From Octopus vulgaris (lineage: Eukaryota), in the NCBI GenBank assembly GCA_951406725.2, contig OX597827.1, positions 50,654,001 through 50,718,000 on the forward strand: 64,000 nucleotides of DNA. The letters run 5' to 3'. The notes below the pieces were generated by a model. The model had not been told where the DNA came from. It ran no database searches and saw only the letters and a list, made by a program, of their open reading frames with translations. Below, piece by piece: positions 24,863 to 39,924 of this stretch; the stretch's first letter is position 1, and each line of letters starts with the position of its first letter. A program made the translations under genes and the position numbers.

Positions 24863-25566
24863 TATCAGATTAAGATCTTTTGAATAGCTCATCGATACAG
24901 CATCTTATTATATTCAAATGAACGTTAAACTTTTATTACGAATTGCTTTACCGTTTATATTTTTACATGTATTGACACTGATTTCTGATAGAGAGCGATT
25001 GTTGTATTTACTTCGGAAAGATGCCAAAGATATCACCCGAAAAATACTATCCTGTGCAATAAACATCTGGCAGTTTGCTATTTCTTGTTAGAATTCGAAA
25101 AGGCTTTGGATATTGTTTAGGGGCAGCATAGAAATAGCTTTTGAATTTATTGTTTTGGCTTTCTTTTCAAAGTACTTTCAAGTAATATGATACTTAAAAA
25201 CAAAAATACAAGGATATTTTAACCCTTCTCAGTCTAGTTCTTGAGAAAACACACAGATATAGGTGAAATAAGAGAAAATAGCTTTGGGATTATTTTTAAA
25301 AATCCATATATTGTTTTAAAAATAGATCCATCTCCCTCGACAATAAATTTCATGTACTTGGCTGTCTTGCAAAATAATCCATGCAAAGTGATAAGTTCAA
25401 ATAGTTCTCTGTAATTATTCCTTCAATGTTTATCTTTTAGAAGACTTGAATTGTCTGTTATAACAACGGACTGACGTTGTTGCCTCAAAGTCTATGAGAG
25501 AAAGTGTAAGTGATGACTGTTGAAATCACGCAAGCCATATGAATGTTATCATGTCACTGTGCTCAC

Positions 25567-25900
25567 TTAGGAAGCTTACTTCTCAACTACAATGTTCTGA
25601 GTTCTGTCCCACTGCGTGGCACCTTGGGCAAGTGTCTTCTACTATAGTCACGGGCCGACCAAAAACTGATGAATGAATTTGGCAGACGGTAACTTGAAGA
25701 AGACCGCCGTATATACATATATTTTTGTATGTGTATGTGTATGTGAGTGTGTGTGTGTCTGTCTGTGTATCCGTGTTTGCCCTCCATCACCTCTTGACAA
25801 TCGGTGTTGGTGTGTTTATGTCCTCGTAACATAGCGACTCTACAAAAGACACTGGAAGACTAAAATTCTTCAGAGCGATGTTCCAGCATAGCCGCAGTCA
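25567..25900 (+). mobile_element. SINE family B
   Basis: gagttctgtcccactgcgtggcaccttgggcaagtgtcttctactatag... tail ccagcatagccgcagtcaa. Confidence 0.85.
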
Positions 25901-26030
25901 ACTTAGTAAAGTAAATTTAAATTAATCGAAAATTATCAAAAGCAGTTTATCGTTATGTCTAATAGAATAATGAGTTCTACATGTTTGAGTTTTAAGAATG
26001 GTGTTTTAAAAAGCGCCATGATGTGTGTTT

Positions 26031-26066
<36 letters not shown>

Positions 26067-28674
26067 CGCGCGTGTGTGTGTGTGTAGGGGGTGAATACAA
26101 CATACGTATACACATGGATCATCGGTTACGAATTTCATCATTCATTTGTTCGATCGATTTACTGAATTAGCACGTGGGTGGTTGAGTATTCCACAGTCAT
26201 ACATAACTTAACATAATTCTCAGGCAGGAATCACCGTAATATTATGTTACAAGGCAGGATATTTTGAAATACAATCCAGCCACTGAATTTCTATACAGTT
26301 TCCATCTACGCAGTTTCAATTATAACTCTTGAGTCATTCAATACTTTGACAAAGGAAGGTTTCCTCAAGATATCACGCAGCGGGATCGAACGTAGGACCT
26401 CATGTTTATCAAGCAAACTTCTTAAACATTCTCTCAATAAGTATAGAGAACTCAATAAAGTAATTATATTAGTAACTTTTACAATATGGATGTAGTTTTT
26501 ACGTAAAGCTCCACTAGATGAATGACATCAAGAAATTATTATGAATGAAGAAGATTTTTTCGACAAAAGAAATATATATATATCAATTTGTATATGATTT
26601 CAAATGACGATTACATGAAATTTAAAGTGATGGGATTATGACAGAATGATCTTTCTAATGCATGAAATTCCTGGATATTAATAGTATCACTCATCTGGTG
26701 AAACTCTAAGTGCCAAGTTACATTCGTCATATACACTGTATTATTATATTCCAATATAAATATTGGTATGTATCTATGTTTCAGTGTATCTATGCATTTA
26801 TCAATGCATTCCGAATTGTTTGAGAAATTAAAGAAGACGTGAAGAAAATTTTTAAGATGATGTCATTTTGCTGGAGTTATTTCAGTTTCAGTGAGTGGGC
26901 GGGAAAATAGAGACATTATTGGAATTGAAATGAAATACTAGAGAAAGTAGACGAAGTCTAAAAAATTGAACAACATATTAAAGCAAGAGAATTGCTGGCT
27001 AATTTTCATCGGAGTTTCTATGCACTGAAATGTCATATGAACTAAATTCAAACATTACTCACATAATGTAGAACGTTTCCAAAATATTTTATATTATCCT
27101 GTTGTTTCTGTTGCTTTTGTTATCAACAATTGAAATTTGCAAGTTCAACCAATCTACTGTATTGATTTTATGCCATTCAACATTAATATGCACTATATGG
27201 CCTGAACACCTGTGCTGTGTTTTGAGAGGGGAGATTTTTTCTTTCATTAAGAATTTAGTGATGATGGATAATCTTTTTCTGATAGTTTATATAATAGTTA
27301 AAATATTTATACTTTAAAATAGACAAAGAAAATATCTTTTCGTTGTCTATATTCTAATATATTCTTAACTGTTGCAGATTGCTTTGGCTCTACACCGTGT
27401 CTAGCTATTGAAAGGAATGTGTGCGATAGCTGACTGAATCATGTGACTACACTTTTTTTTAATGATTTAGTTGTTTAGATTTTCTTCATAAAATTAAAGA
27501 GAAAAATGTGCAGTGACGCACAATAGTCAAGAAAATAATTTTATTTAATTATTTGATAGTTACTTCATCTATCTCTCTGAAAATGGAAAGTTTTTTATGA
27601 CCCTAACGTTCAACTTCGATACCTGATTAAAAATTGTGATGCATGTCTAAATGTGTTTCGCTTTTATTACGACCATTTTCAATGAAGCATAGAGCGGTGG
27701 TTGTCGAAACAGTTACGGAAGAAGCATCATGTAAATATGGAATCCTAATTTAAACCCTACTAATCCAAATCTGTTTAATTGTAATTTATTTGTTTCGCTT
27801 ATCGAAATGTTTTTTTTTTTTTGTAAATTAATATATTTTATGTAGGTCAAAAGATAATAGAAAAGTGATAACATTGCAAGTCATAGATCAAAGGAATTTC
27901 TATTTTTGATATGGTGTTGATAGTAGGTTTTCTTCGGGAATTTCGATCATGAGGATGTTGATTACTTTTTCGTTAACGATGGACTCCAAACACGTGTTAC
28001 AAGTAGAAATGGCTCCGAATTACTAACGGGAAAATATCAAATAAGTTTGACTCCAAATAGTCCCAAAATAAAACCATTGGTCTATCAGTCATTTTAATCG
28101 AAGAGCACTTGGATGTGGAAACCCTTAGTAAAATTGACACAAAATGGAAGGAAAATAAGAACTAAACTAAAAATTCCTCTTTAGTGTAGATAAAACATTT
28201 CACATGTTTCTTTGATAAAATTTGTTTGAAGGTATCAAATAATTTGCATGTTAAATTATATTATTCGAGTCATTAACCTCATTTATAAAATGTAAAACTG
28301 CGTGTATTTATTAGTAATAAAAAAAACTGTTTTTCAAACACTTTCTTTTTTCGATGGAAGTAACATCAAAGCCATACATTAAAACGCTAGGTAACTGTAT
28401 TTTACAGTTTCCAATGTTGGACTTGTTTACTGATTAGTGCTGCGATACCTCTAGATACTGTTAGTTCTTGGATTGAAAAACATCCATTCATGTTATTCCT
28501 GTTCCATTGTTGTCACAGAGAGATAAGTTCAATAAATTTAGAACAAAAAGAAATTTCTACTGAAAGTGCTTTACACTATCATTTCTTAACAAATGCCCAG
28601 TTTCTAAATATCTAGATACATTTAAAATTCTTTAGAAAATTATTATATATTTTTATTGTATTTTGTCACTCTTA

Positions 28675-29060
28675 CTCTTTACACTTTTACTTGTTTCAGT
28701 CATATGACTGTGGCCATGCTGGAGCACCGCCTTTAGTCGAGCAAATCGACCCCAGGACTTATTCTTTGTAAGCCTAGTACTTATTCTATCGGTCTCTTTT
28801 TTGCCGAACCGCTAAGTTACGGGGACGTAAACACACCAGCATCGGTTGTCAAGCGATGTTGGGGAACAAACACAGACACACAAACACATACATATATACG
28901 ACGGGCTTCTTTCAGTTTCCGTCTACCAAATCCACTCACAAGGCTTTGGACGGCCCGAGGCTATAGTAGAAGACACTTGCCCAAGGTGTCACGCAGTGGG
29001 ACTGAACCCAGAACCATGTGGTTGGTAAGCAAGCTACTTACCTCACAGCCACTACTATGC
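28675..29060 (-). mobile_element. SINE family B, full-length, young-looking
   Basis: Complete head (minus strand: tggctgtgaggtaag...gggttcagtccc), CORE-like gtgacaccttgggcaagtgtc segment and 3' tail. Confidence 0.92.
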
Positions 29061-29083
29061 CTAACCCTAACCCTAACCCTAAC
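29060..29083 (-). repeat. Short interstitial telomeric tract, about (TTAGGG)4
   Basis: cctaaccctaaccctaaccctaac directly abutting the SINE 5' end. Confidence 0.85.
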
Positions 29084-29733
29084 TCTTATTTTTATTTTCA
29101 TTTTGTTTGGTTTGATTAATTACTAACCAAAATAAATTATCCACGGCCTCAAATGTAATTAATTCTAACTTTAGCAAAGAGAAGGAAATGAAAATGCTCC
29201 CTGGAAACAATATATTTTGGAATGATAGTATAAAAGACAGGAATGGAATGAAATGGGACAAAACTGACTTCAAGTGAAATGGCAAAACACATTGAATATA
29301 TATAGGAATTTCAAGATTTCTCATTAATAAACCTTTCTTGTGGAAGCTGTTCCAGTCTCAGTCTTGTCTTTGATTATGTCTTTTACATCTCTCAGAAGCT
29401 ATCTCATATCTCGAATGCACTTTCCCTCAATGCTTTAGATTTTCTCATTTTCCCCTCGATATTTCTCAGCTCATCTTTTTCATTCGTTGCCTTTTTTAGA
29501 CGCTTTCTCTCTTTCTTCCTCTTTCACACACACACACACACACACTCACTCTCTCACTTGCGCGCACACGCACGCACACACACTCACGCACATACATTTA
29601 CACAAACACCCACGTGCGCACGTACCAGCCAACTGTCATTTTTTTCTTTATTTCACTCACTTTCATACATACGCTCTTTTTCACACACGCTCTCTCTTCC
29701 TTTCTATCTTTGCACACACACAAACACACACAA

Positions 29734-29764
<31 letters not shown>

Positions 29765-32700
29765 CATTCCCTTTATGATTGTGAATTATTTACAACCAAC
29801 TTTAAATACGTTAATACTTAAAGTGTACTAAACATCAAGCTAAATTTTTAATATGACTTTGGAAAAAGTAGATTTCATTTATTGTTAAAAACCTTCGACT
29901 CTTTATAGTAATTGTATTGTTAACAGGAAAGTTGAATACTATAAAACATAAAAATTCGATTATTTTAATGTTGCTTCGCTAATTTCGTGCAAAGTTAGGT
30001 CGTTGCTCTGTAAGTGACCTGTTAACATACAATATGTAAGTGTTCTAAAGCAAAATAGCAGCTTTGGGAAACAAACAGAAATATACATTAGAGGTATTGT
30101 CTTTAAAATATGCAGAAAAAAAAAGAAAAGGCATTGACTCATAAAGCAATTATTTAGTTATTGGCCAGTGGTTGTTGTTCTTAGCCCTAGGTAGGTGTGA
30201 TTGAGTTGAACTTACGACCAAAGACATTAAAAACACGATCGTCTCGTCCATTTTTTCTTGAATAGTACATTACATTTTCTAATGTACTTTTATAAAGAAA
30301 CGAAATTAGAAGCCATATCACAGGTTCACTTGTCAGAAGATTATTTTATATTCTTCGACTTCTTTTAAATATTAACTATGTTTATACATTCTACAAAACA
30401 AAACAAAAATCAAACTATCTGTTTTTACATATCCTGTTCAATCTTCTGTCCAAGTATCAAATGTGGCTAATATCAACAACTATTTTAATGTTTTCATTCA
30501 GAACCAGCAAATAGTAAAATCAAAATCGGAATGGTTACCTCCATATCTGAATGTCTTGAATCGCTTCAAAGGGTTACTTGAAATAATCTAAGTTTCGCAA
30601 TCCAGCTATCTAATTCATGAGAACAAATGAGATCTATCGAGCATAAATATTGGTACCTACCGTATTACTACTGTATTACTCATGTAAAACTTGAGTTTAC
30701 ACGCTAAGATGTATGATTATGATTGTTTCTGATATTATTGTTGTTTTCATTAAACGTTATGCTAGAAGGTGAATATAAATACACTTCTGTTTATCTTTAG
30801 TTTTCGAATAATAACAATACAATTATTTCTTCTAATTATTTCTTGTAATTCAAATGTCAAACATCCGACAACGTCTCTTAAGTGTCTTATTTAATGTTCG
30901 ACATTTAGCAGATACAGTTTGACTAAGTTGATAAACAAACAATGTACACGTACATACACACAAGTACACGAGTACAAACACACACGTATACACGCAAACA
31001 CACACATACAGTATATATGTATATCTAAGTCATTGCCCGAGATCATTCTGCCAGGAAGTGTGGGGGGGGGAGACAGCAAGACGCCGTCAAAGACGTTTGT
31101 GGACTGACAACAAAAAATGAAGTGGAAAGAAGAGTCTGGCTGTTTGCACATAAACAGCAAGACGCAAATGGAACTGTAGAGTTTTGGTAAGCCGATTCCA
31201 GTAAACAGAGAGATTTCTTTATTATGATCATAAGATCTAATATAGGACAGTACAGGAGAATACAAAACATTAATAAAGAAATACTCAGCGAGTTTTTTTT
31301 TTTCAGTTCGTTTTTTTTACACAAAAATATATTAAGTTAAAAATAGATGATTTATATGATGAAAAACTTTGATTTCCTTACATTTTTTCTTGATGGTCTA
31401 CTGTCCAACGGCTACATCCTTTTTTTTTACCTCATGGTAGATTAAGTAAGAACACTCACTCCCAACTTCCTTACCACATCCTTCCATCTTTTCTCATATA
31501 TACTTCTAGACAGGTGTCTCCTTTCTAGCCCTCTCTTGCTTTTCAGGTGATACCTGAAGTAGTAAAGCATTCCAGGGCCGGAGATGAAGACCCCTGACTT
31601 CTTGAGGGCACCTGATTGATGATATAGATCGGTGGCTCTGAAGTGTGGTTCATATGACCTTTAAGGTCATAAAGGGAATTTTATTGTTAAAATTTATTTG
31701 TAATAAATTGGTTATACTTCTACAATACACAAAATAATTTAACGGTATCTTTTTATGCAATTCCTAATAATAGTAGTAAAAGTCTAAGAGTAATAATTAA
31801 CTACAAAAATATTAAAGGATCTTTTAAGGATCGAATGGCTATCAGAGCCAGTCCAAATAAAATAAAAATAAAAATGGTCCATACGCAAAACAATGGTTGA
31901 GAAGCTCTGATATATATCAATGTTGAATTATTTTTAATGTCTCAGAAAAATAATGATAAAAGAACTGAAGACATGTGGTAGAATTTAAAATTTTTTTGTC
32001 TAGAAAAGATAGTAGGGATTTCAAAGTTTCTACTGAAAGAGAATTTCTAGAACTTTATCGAAACGTATATGAAACTGCATTTATGAAATTAATTAAAGGA
32101 GAAGAGATTTATAACTGATGAATAAGAAAATTGTAATATACATAAGAAAAATATTTTGGGGGGTAACTGGCCTAATGAGAGATGGGGGGGGGGTCAAATG
32201 AGACCGATACCAAAAAAAAAAAAAAACGAGGTTGGTATTTAATGTTTGTGATCTCAGACGATAAAGGTTGGGGGTGCTGTTTGACGGTATGAAATCTTAA
32301 GGATTAAAATCGATCAGCGATCCGAGCAATTAAATCACTGCTAGTTTATAATTAATAAAATAATTTTTAATGCTTGTATAACTTACTGAAACTTTAAGGA
32401 AATCTACGGATTTTTACAATTACAATATTATGAATTCGTAAAATTTATGTTACATTGTAGTGAACTAGAATGTATGTAATGGTATTCCGTCGGTTACGAC
32501 AAGGGCTCCGCGTGATTCGATCAACAGAACAGCCTGATCATGAAATTGCAAATGGCTTAGTACTCCACAGACACGCATGCTCTTAGCGAAGTTCTCAGAG
32601 AGATTCAGCATGACACAGAATGTACTTCCGAGGAAGTACCAGACAAAGTACTGGGTTGAGGTAATCGACTAAGAATCGTTGAGAGTATGTATGGCAGCAA

Positions 32701-32984
32701 TCCAATGAAGAACACCAGTAAAAGAATAAATAAATATGTATGTGCTAATGCAAGGGTACAGCCAAACAATACTAAATATATTCATATAGCTATGAATCAA
32801 TAATTATTACAGAACATGAGCGGAAATGAAAATGTGTAATTTTGATGATGGAACAAATTACAGATTGACTGAACAGACGATACAACCTTGCTGACATATT
32901 ACAAACACACAAACACACATTATCTGAAAAGAATACTCCACCAAATAAATCATGAAGAAATATATACGCCATTGCATAATTACG

Positions 32985-33215
32985 ACTCCTATCATTCACT
33001 TTTGCCGAACGGGGATGTAAACACACCAACATCGGTTGTCAAGCGTTGGTGAGGCGACAAACACACACACACGCACATACACGCATATGTACGACGGGCT
33101 TCTTTCAGTTTCTGTCTACCAAATCCACTCAGGAGTCTTCGGTCAGTTTGTGTCTATAGTAGACGTTCGACCAAGGTGCCATGATCTGGCACTAAACCTG
33201 GAACCATGTAGTTTG
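32985..33215 (-). mobile_element. SINE family B, partial
   Basis: ttttgccgaac...acgacgggcttctttcagtttctgtctaccaaatccactc homology. Confidence 0.85.
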
Positions 33216-33478
33216 GAAATTGTAGAAATCAACTCCGGGCCCCGTAAGACTACATTCTAAACTTAGTAAGCCCCAGCAAATGTTCTGAGAGTCCAAGAAG
33301 TTCCTGTGCACGAAACTGAATATACTTTTCTGAGAAATCAACTTTAAAACCTGTGACACAATAGGCATTGACACAACCACAACAAAGAATACAGATTCTA
33401 CAGACATTTTGCGATTTCAAAATACATTTGCTTTTGTGAACGGATTTTACGCCCCAAATTATCTTCATACACACACAC

Positions 33479-33521
<43 letters not shown>

Positions 33522-33538
33522 TATATATATATATATGC

Positions 33539-33611
<73 letters not shown>

Positions 33612-33643
33612 CATACATAAAAATACATACATACATACATACA

Positions 33644-33677
<34 letters not shown>

Positions 33678-34605
33678 CATACATACATACATATATATTT
33701 CGCATTCAGATTTGGATTACAAGATTCTGTATGTGAGTTCGTGTGTTGAAGCTTATTCTGTTGTGTCTGGGGAGAGTCATTCTCTTTTAGTGCATTACAA
33801 TTTAACACACGCACCGGTAAAATTTCCACTTATTTATTTTTTATTCTTCTAAAATTTTCGTTGCGTCTTACAACCTTTTTAATAGTTTTGACTCTGTCCG
33901 TTATTCACACTGCGTTCCTTTTTGTTTGTTTGTGCGCATGTGTGTGGGTTAGAGTGTGTGTGTAAATAAAACAGTACTGATAAAGCTCCATGTGCTAGAT
34001 CAGACGTGCTATGACGATGACGAATATTATTCTCATTTTTGTCTTTGTCGGCACCGACTAAAATTGGCAGCAGAAACGGCTGTAAGCAATGTTCAAGCTT
34101 TCTATTTAAAAATATTTAACTGATGGTAGTCAATTTCTTTCTTAATCAAAAGTTTTCTCCATTTTCTGCTCTTTTTAAATTGGATTCTGGACACAATCTC
34201 GTTTATTATGTTATCCTCTATGCATAGTATGCTTGCATAGTATGCTTGCATACACATGGCCAGGGTTAACATAGGTCATTTATATCGGTAATTATAACGG
34301 ATATTCTTATCCCTTAAACAGTTATTCCAACAGCTAAGTCTACTTGCCTATATGTATATATATAGATATATATATGTATCTATATGTGTGTGTTGTGTGT
34401 GTGTGAATGTAGCTGAATGCAGTGTAAAAATATGAGTGATGTAGGTGCTCATGTAGTGCCCTTGTGTATATATGTACATATATAATATTCTATGCATATA
34501 TTTTATTAATTTGCCTGTACGGCTGATAATTCGCTTGCCACTCGTGAATGCATTTTAATAATACCATCCCTATATTTATCTTTCTCTCTCACTCTCTCTC
34601 TCTCA

Positions 34606-34698
<93 letters not shown>

Positions 34699-35373
34699 GT
34701 ATTACATATATATATACATCCAAATATATATGCACATCTATATATATATATACACACATATGTATATACATCTATATATCAGTTGAAGAAAGTTACGACA
34801 TGGTCTGTTTTTCACGATTTTCTTATTGCAATATTTTTCTTTTTTTTATTGCATTAAAAAATATTTTGTAATGTTCATAAATTCAGTTTAGCATATGAAT
34901 ACAAATCACTTACAGAAGACCCCCACGGATTGTAATTAAAACGATATCGAAACCAAGTTTGCTCATTCATAAAACTATTGCATGTAAACCGCATGCTAAT
35001 TAGTTAAAATAAAGGCGAGTAATATCGGTGCGCCCGGCAAACCGTGACGTTGAAGCCGCATGCTAATTGGTCAAAACCGTATTCGAAAAATTCAGCTTGT
35101 CGGAACCTTCTAAAAGGTATAAAAAGTAAGAAGTCAGATATTTTACTACAGCTGTTCAGAACTCAACTGTCAGTTAAATTCATTTTGAAATCTGATGATT
35201 ACTTCGAACGTATGGAAGCGCTAATTGAACTTTATGAACATTACAAAATATTTTTCTAAGCTGGAAAAATTTTCTTTTAATTTCAATACTAGGAATTTTA
35301 AAAGCAGACCTTTATTCAATTGACATATTATTCTATACGCTTTTACACAAATTAGGAAAAACTATACATATAC

Positions 35374-35410
<37 letters not shown>

Positions 35411-35505
35411 CATACATACATACATGCATGCATGCATGCATACATACATGCATACATACATACATACATACATACATACATACATACATACATACATACA
35501 TACAT

Positions 35506-35745
35506 AAGGTGTAACGGTTCAGGGTCGAAACATCCGATGTACTTGCGCGTACAAATGTACGTTCCCACGGCTTTATCGATCGCATTCTCATCTGGAATCG
35601 ATTTTTGTAAATTTTTTTCAAGACTTACATATACCCTGATACCGTCGGTATCTACGTATCAAATTTGGGCGCAATTGGATACTGGATGCCCGAGATCCTA
35701 GAAGACACGCACACAGACAGACAGAACGGATTTTATATAATAGAT
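35506..35745 (-). mobile_element. Non-autonomous Helitron/HINE-like fragment
   Basis: Minus strand begins atctattatataaaatccgttctgtctgtctg (TC start, TA-rich, GTCT microsatellite), typical of Helitron-derived repeats; no 3' CTAG seen. Confidence 0.45.
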
Positions 35746-36118
35746 ATATATATATGAAGAGGAGAGAACGACTGAGAAAAGACAGCCAGGTAAATAGAGA
35801 TATATACATACAAACACAAGCACTTACAGATATCTAAATGTACACATTGAAATACATACATATTATACCTGTATATGTATACATATTATAAATAAATATG
35901 AGTGTGGGATTATTTCTATTTTGACGTGGCTCTTAACTTCTACATAGCAGCTATTTTATTCGGTATTTTATGAAAATAAGTTGTTCATTATTTTCCCAAC
36001 TTATCATTCATTAGATCTCTAGTTAGCATTATCTCATAATACAATATCGCAGCACCCTCACACAAGATCATACCTAAATAAATTAATATACGATATAGAA
36101 TATAGTGTATACATTGTG

Positions 36119-36194
<76 letters not shown>

Positions 36195-36768
36195 TAGCTG
36201 AATACAGTGTAATTGCACTGCCCGACTAATTGTGAAGGGGTATTGATTTTCTCATAATAACGACCTTTCCGATAATGTTGCATCACCCAACCATGATGCC
36301 AAATAGACCACAAAGGTTCCATAACTTCCGTTGATTATAGTTACTGATAATTATGTACTGATAATATGTATATGTCGAAGTTTTTTCTTTTATTTTCTGT
36401 ATTATCCCCACAGGGGTTTCAAAATAATTCTGGTTACAATGTAGTTACTATTATAATTAAGGACAACAATGACTGTACTTTGTTTTGTTTTGTTTAGTTT
36501 TCTTTTGCTGTTATTATTACGACCAGGGATAATGTACACATCAAATATGTACAAGGAACACATTATATATTAAAAATAAGATTTACTGCAGCATTAATCA
36601 AGGGACAAAAAGGACAAAATAACCGATGTAGTACAACAAAATACTCTGACAAAAATTATTTTATCTCAATGTAGGTAAAGCTTTTCATGAAAATACTCTC
36701 CAAATGTCTCAGAAATACCACAGAAATACAAGCCATGGTAGCATCAGCCAGATTTATTCAAACACACG

Positions 36769-36914
<146 letters not shown>

Positions 36915-37246
36915 GAGAGAAAAAATTATAAGGCAGAATGCTAAATTGAAAGTAAATTTTAATAAAAATGGGTGTATGGAAAATTAAAAAAGAGAAAAAT
37001 AAAATATCAAATCGGTTTTCTTGGCAAGATTTGGAAGTGGAAAATAATTTTTTTTTTAAATTGAGGAAGGAGAAAAAAGAAATTTACAATGTTTTTTTCA
37101 AAAAAATATTAATACATATATACAAAAATTAATAAATAAGTATACCAATACATTGTAGTGTCTTTATGCTTTTAGAGTTCAATAATAGTCCTTGGAAAAA
37201 CTTCTTTGGCGGATTAGGATGCATATATATATATATATATATATAT

Positions 37247-37515
37247 AAGAAAATGGATGTAATAGCAAGGGGAAACTCGTGGTTTTCGCTAGTATGCCCT
37301 TAATTTAATTAGATAACAGAGAAGGAGGAAGCAGAGAATATAGATAGATGCATCTATTTATATTCGCATTCTGAAGAGATTTACTTAAACCAGTAAATCG
37401 AAACGATCGTAAAGGCTATGTTCATCTCTGCTTTCTTCTTCTTTATTATGTAATTAAATTAAAGGCATACCACCGAAAACCACGAGTTTCCACTTGTTAT
37501 TACATCCATTTTCTT
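37247..37515 (+). mobile_element. Penelope-type pLTR with inverted partial copy enclosing a hammerhead
   Basis: ~90-bp inverted arms 37247-37337 / 37425-37515 beside (TA)n, with a hammerhead motif between them. Confidence 0.75.
37361..37420 (+). ncRNA. Type I hammerhead ribozyme (canonical core)
   Basis: CTGAAGA 37371-37377; perfect 8-bp stem II GATTTACT/AGTAAATC; GAAA 37400-37403; palindromic stem III ACGATCGT; GTA triplet 37409-37411; stem I gcatt/aaggc with one mismatch. Confidence 0.8.
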
Positions 37516-37689
37516 CTCCTATATAACCTAAACTACGGTTTATCGACCGAGCCACCTGCTACCGTACCACCTAACAAAAGATTTTACCTACCCAGGTAAT
37601 AACCAGGAGCGACTTTGGATTTAATTATCCCTTAGCGGTATTAAACCCCTCTAAATGATGCCTACACTATATATATATATATATATATA

Positions 37690-38077
37690 TTTCTTTATTG
37701 CCCACAGGGGGATAAACACAAAGGGGACAAAAAAAGGGATTAAGTCGAGTACATCGACCCCCACCAGTGTGTAACTGGTACTTATTTAATCGACCCCGAA
37801 AGGATGAAAAGCAAAGTCGACCACTGCGGAATTTGAACTCAAAACGTAACGGCAGACGAAATACCTATTTCTTTACTACCCACAAGGGGCTAAACACAGA
37901 GGGGACAAACAAGGACAGATAAGCGGATTAAGTCGATTATATCGACTCCAGCGCGTAACTGGTACTTATTTAATCGACCCCGAAAGGATGAAAGGCAAAG
38001 TCGACCTCGGCGGAATTTGAACTCAGAACGTAACGGCAGCCGAAATACCTGCTAAGCATTTCGCCCGGCGTGCTAAC

Positions 38078-38078
<1 letters not shown>
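37690..38078 (-). mobile_element. SINE family A with tandemly duplicated body
   Basis: Minus strand: one head, then two consecutive bodies joined at aaagaaata-ggtatttcgtctgccgttacg. Confidence 0.9.
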
Positions 38079-38115
<37 letters not shown>

Positions 38116-39924
38116 CAGCTAGCAACAGTAATAATGCGCAATTTTTTAAGACAACTTATTTTTGTGAGGAAGTCTAATATAGAATTAGTTGTAATAATTC
38201 CTGATGAAAACACCAAAATGTATCATATTCTCATAGAACATACAAGTACACTGTAAGAAGGGATTCAAAGGGCTCTTAAAAATAACAATCAAACAAACAA
38301 AAACGTATGTGTATAATATTGAATAGCCAGGCTCATTTGAGTAGAGTTGGCGCTTCCCTAACTTGAAATGTTCATTGAATTACATGCAATATTAAACTGC
38401 AGATTGGCTGTGAAATTTCGCAAGCTGAAAGTGTAACCAATAAATAACAAGAAGTGGAGCTTACAGAGATGCATAATATAAAAGAAAACAAGAAATGTTT
38501 GTCCATTTCTATCAGTAATTAGCTGTGATATATCTCATTTAAACATCCCTAGGAAGCTAGTAGCAAGCTTACCATAACAGTGAATTGATCTTTTTGGTTA
38601 GACCATGTTACGAGAGGAAAAAATGAGATTAATGCTGGGTAGTGCTGTAATTGACGAAAATTGCCTTCGCTAAAAAACTGCGAAGTAGAAATATTGAATA
38701 TTTCAAAGAAAATACCAATAATATAGGAGATTGTGGTAAAGAAAATGGAGTAAAAGAGGGGAATATGGAATGAAATTTGGTAAATGGCATGCTCAATGAA
38801 GGCATAAGGAGAAGAAAATAAAAATAATAGGATACATTATCGTTATATCTACATATAAAAAATATATTTATAAAAAATTATGGGAAATTTAGAGATGAAA
38901 TATAAAAAGTGATGAGAACCAGTATTGCATGTGGGTGATAGTACAAGAAAATAACAATTTGAAGAGATAAATAAACCGATTCTTTAACTTAAACGAAAGA
39001 AATGACTGACCCATAGAAATATACGTCACAGTTTCTCTCAAACACATATACCTAAGTATTATAATTCGTTAAAAATGTGCGAGAAAACACATATTCATGC
39101 ACGCATTATCTTTGAATAAAAAATTTAAAACTACAAATAAAAAAAGAATGTTGACGAGATTTATTAATGTTTGAAGTAATGTTTAAAAGAATTAAAGGGG
39201 GAGCTAAAATGAATGATTCTGAGAAACCCCAACCCACCCTTGATAGAAAGAGATAAAAAAAAACAGCAGCAGCGAACTAAAGAAAATAATGCCAAGAATC
39301 CGAACTGGCATTATACGACTGGAGAATGATAAAATAACCTCAGTGAATTTCCATCAAGAGAGCATAAGCCAAGTTCTGAGGTAAGTTTGTGTTAAATGTT
39401 TTAATATTTATACATATCCAAAAATCCCCCATCACGAGGAAGAAAAGAATGTTTGCATAATATAAATTAATCAATATTTGTATCAAATTATCAATATGTG
39501 AGAAAAGGAGAGTTAGAGGAAGCGTGTGTACATGTATGTATGTATGTATGTTTAGGCGTTTATCTTACCCAATCGCTATTGATCAAAGAAAAGTGTAACA
39601 GCTAGTATAGTACACCAATAAAATTAAGTGGCTTGCTCAAGGATCAAATACAAAATACGGGCTGCTGTAGTAAATTATTCATTTTCATAGATCTATACAG
39701 CTAAATTTAATGCGCGCGCGCGCACGCAAATACACTAAAGTAAGCTCAAAGTCATCGATACACGCATTCACATACTAAAAAACAGAAACGCGTAGTCGCA
39801 CACGCAGATACATACACAAAAGGCAGCGTTTTACTTTCTATCATATTTGGTCAAAAATAGAGTCGTTGGTTGCCTGTTTCCACTGCTCCGATTAGTCACC
39901 ATTTTTTTTTTTTTTTTGAGATCT

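Noticed and set aside
35506-35545. GAAAC-atccgat-GTA, resembling a hammerhead stem III
   Set aside because: No CUGANGA-like core upstream.
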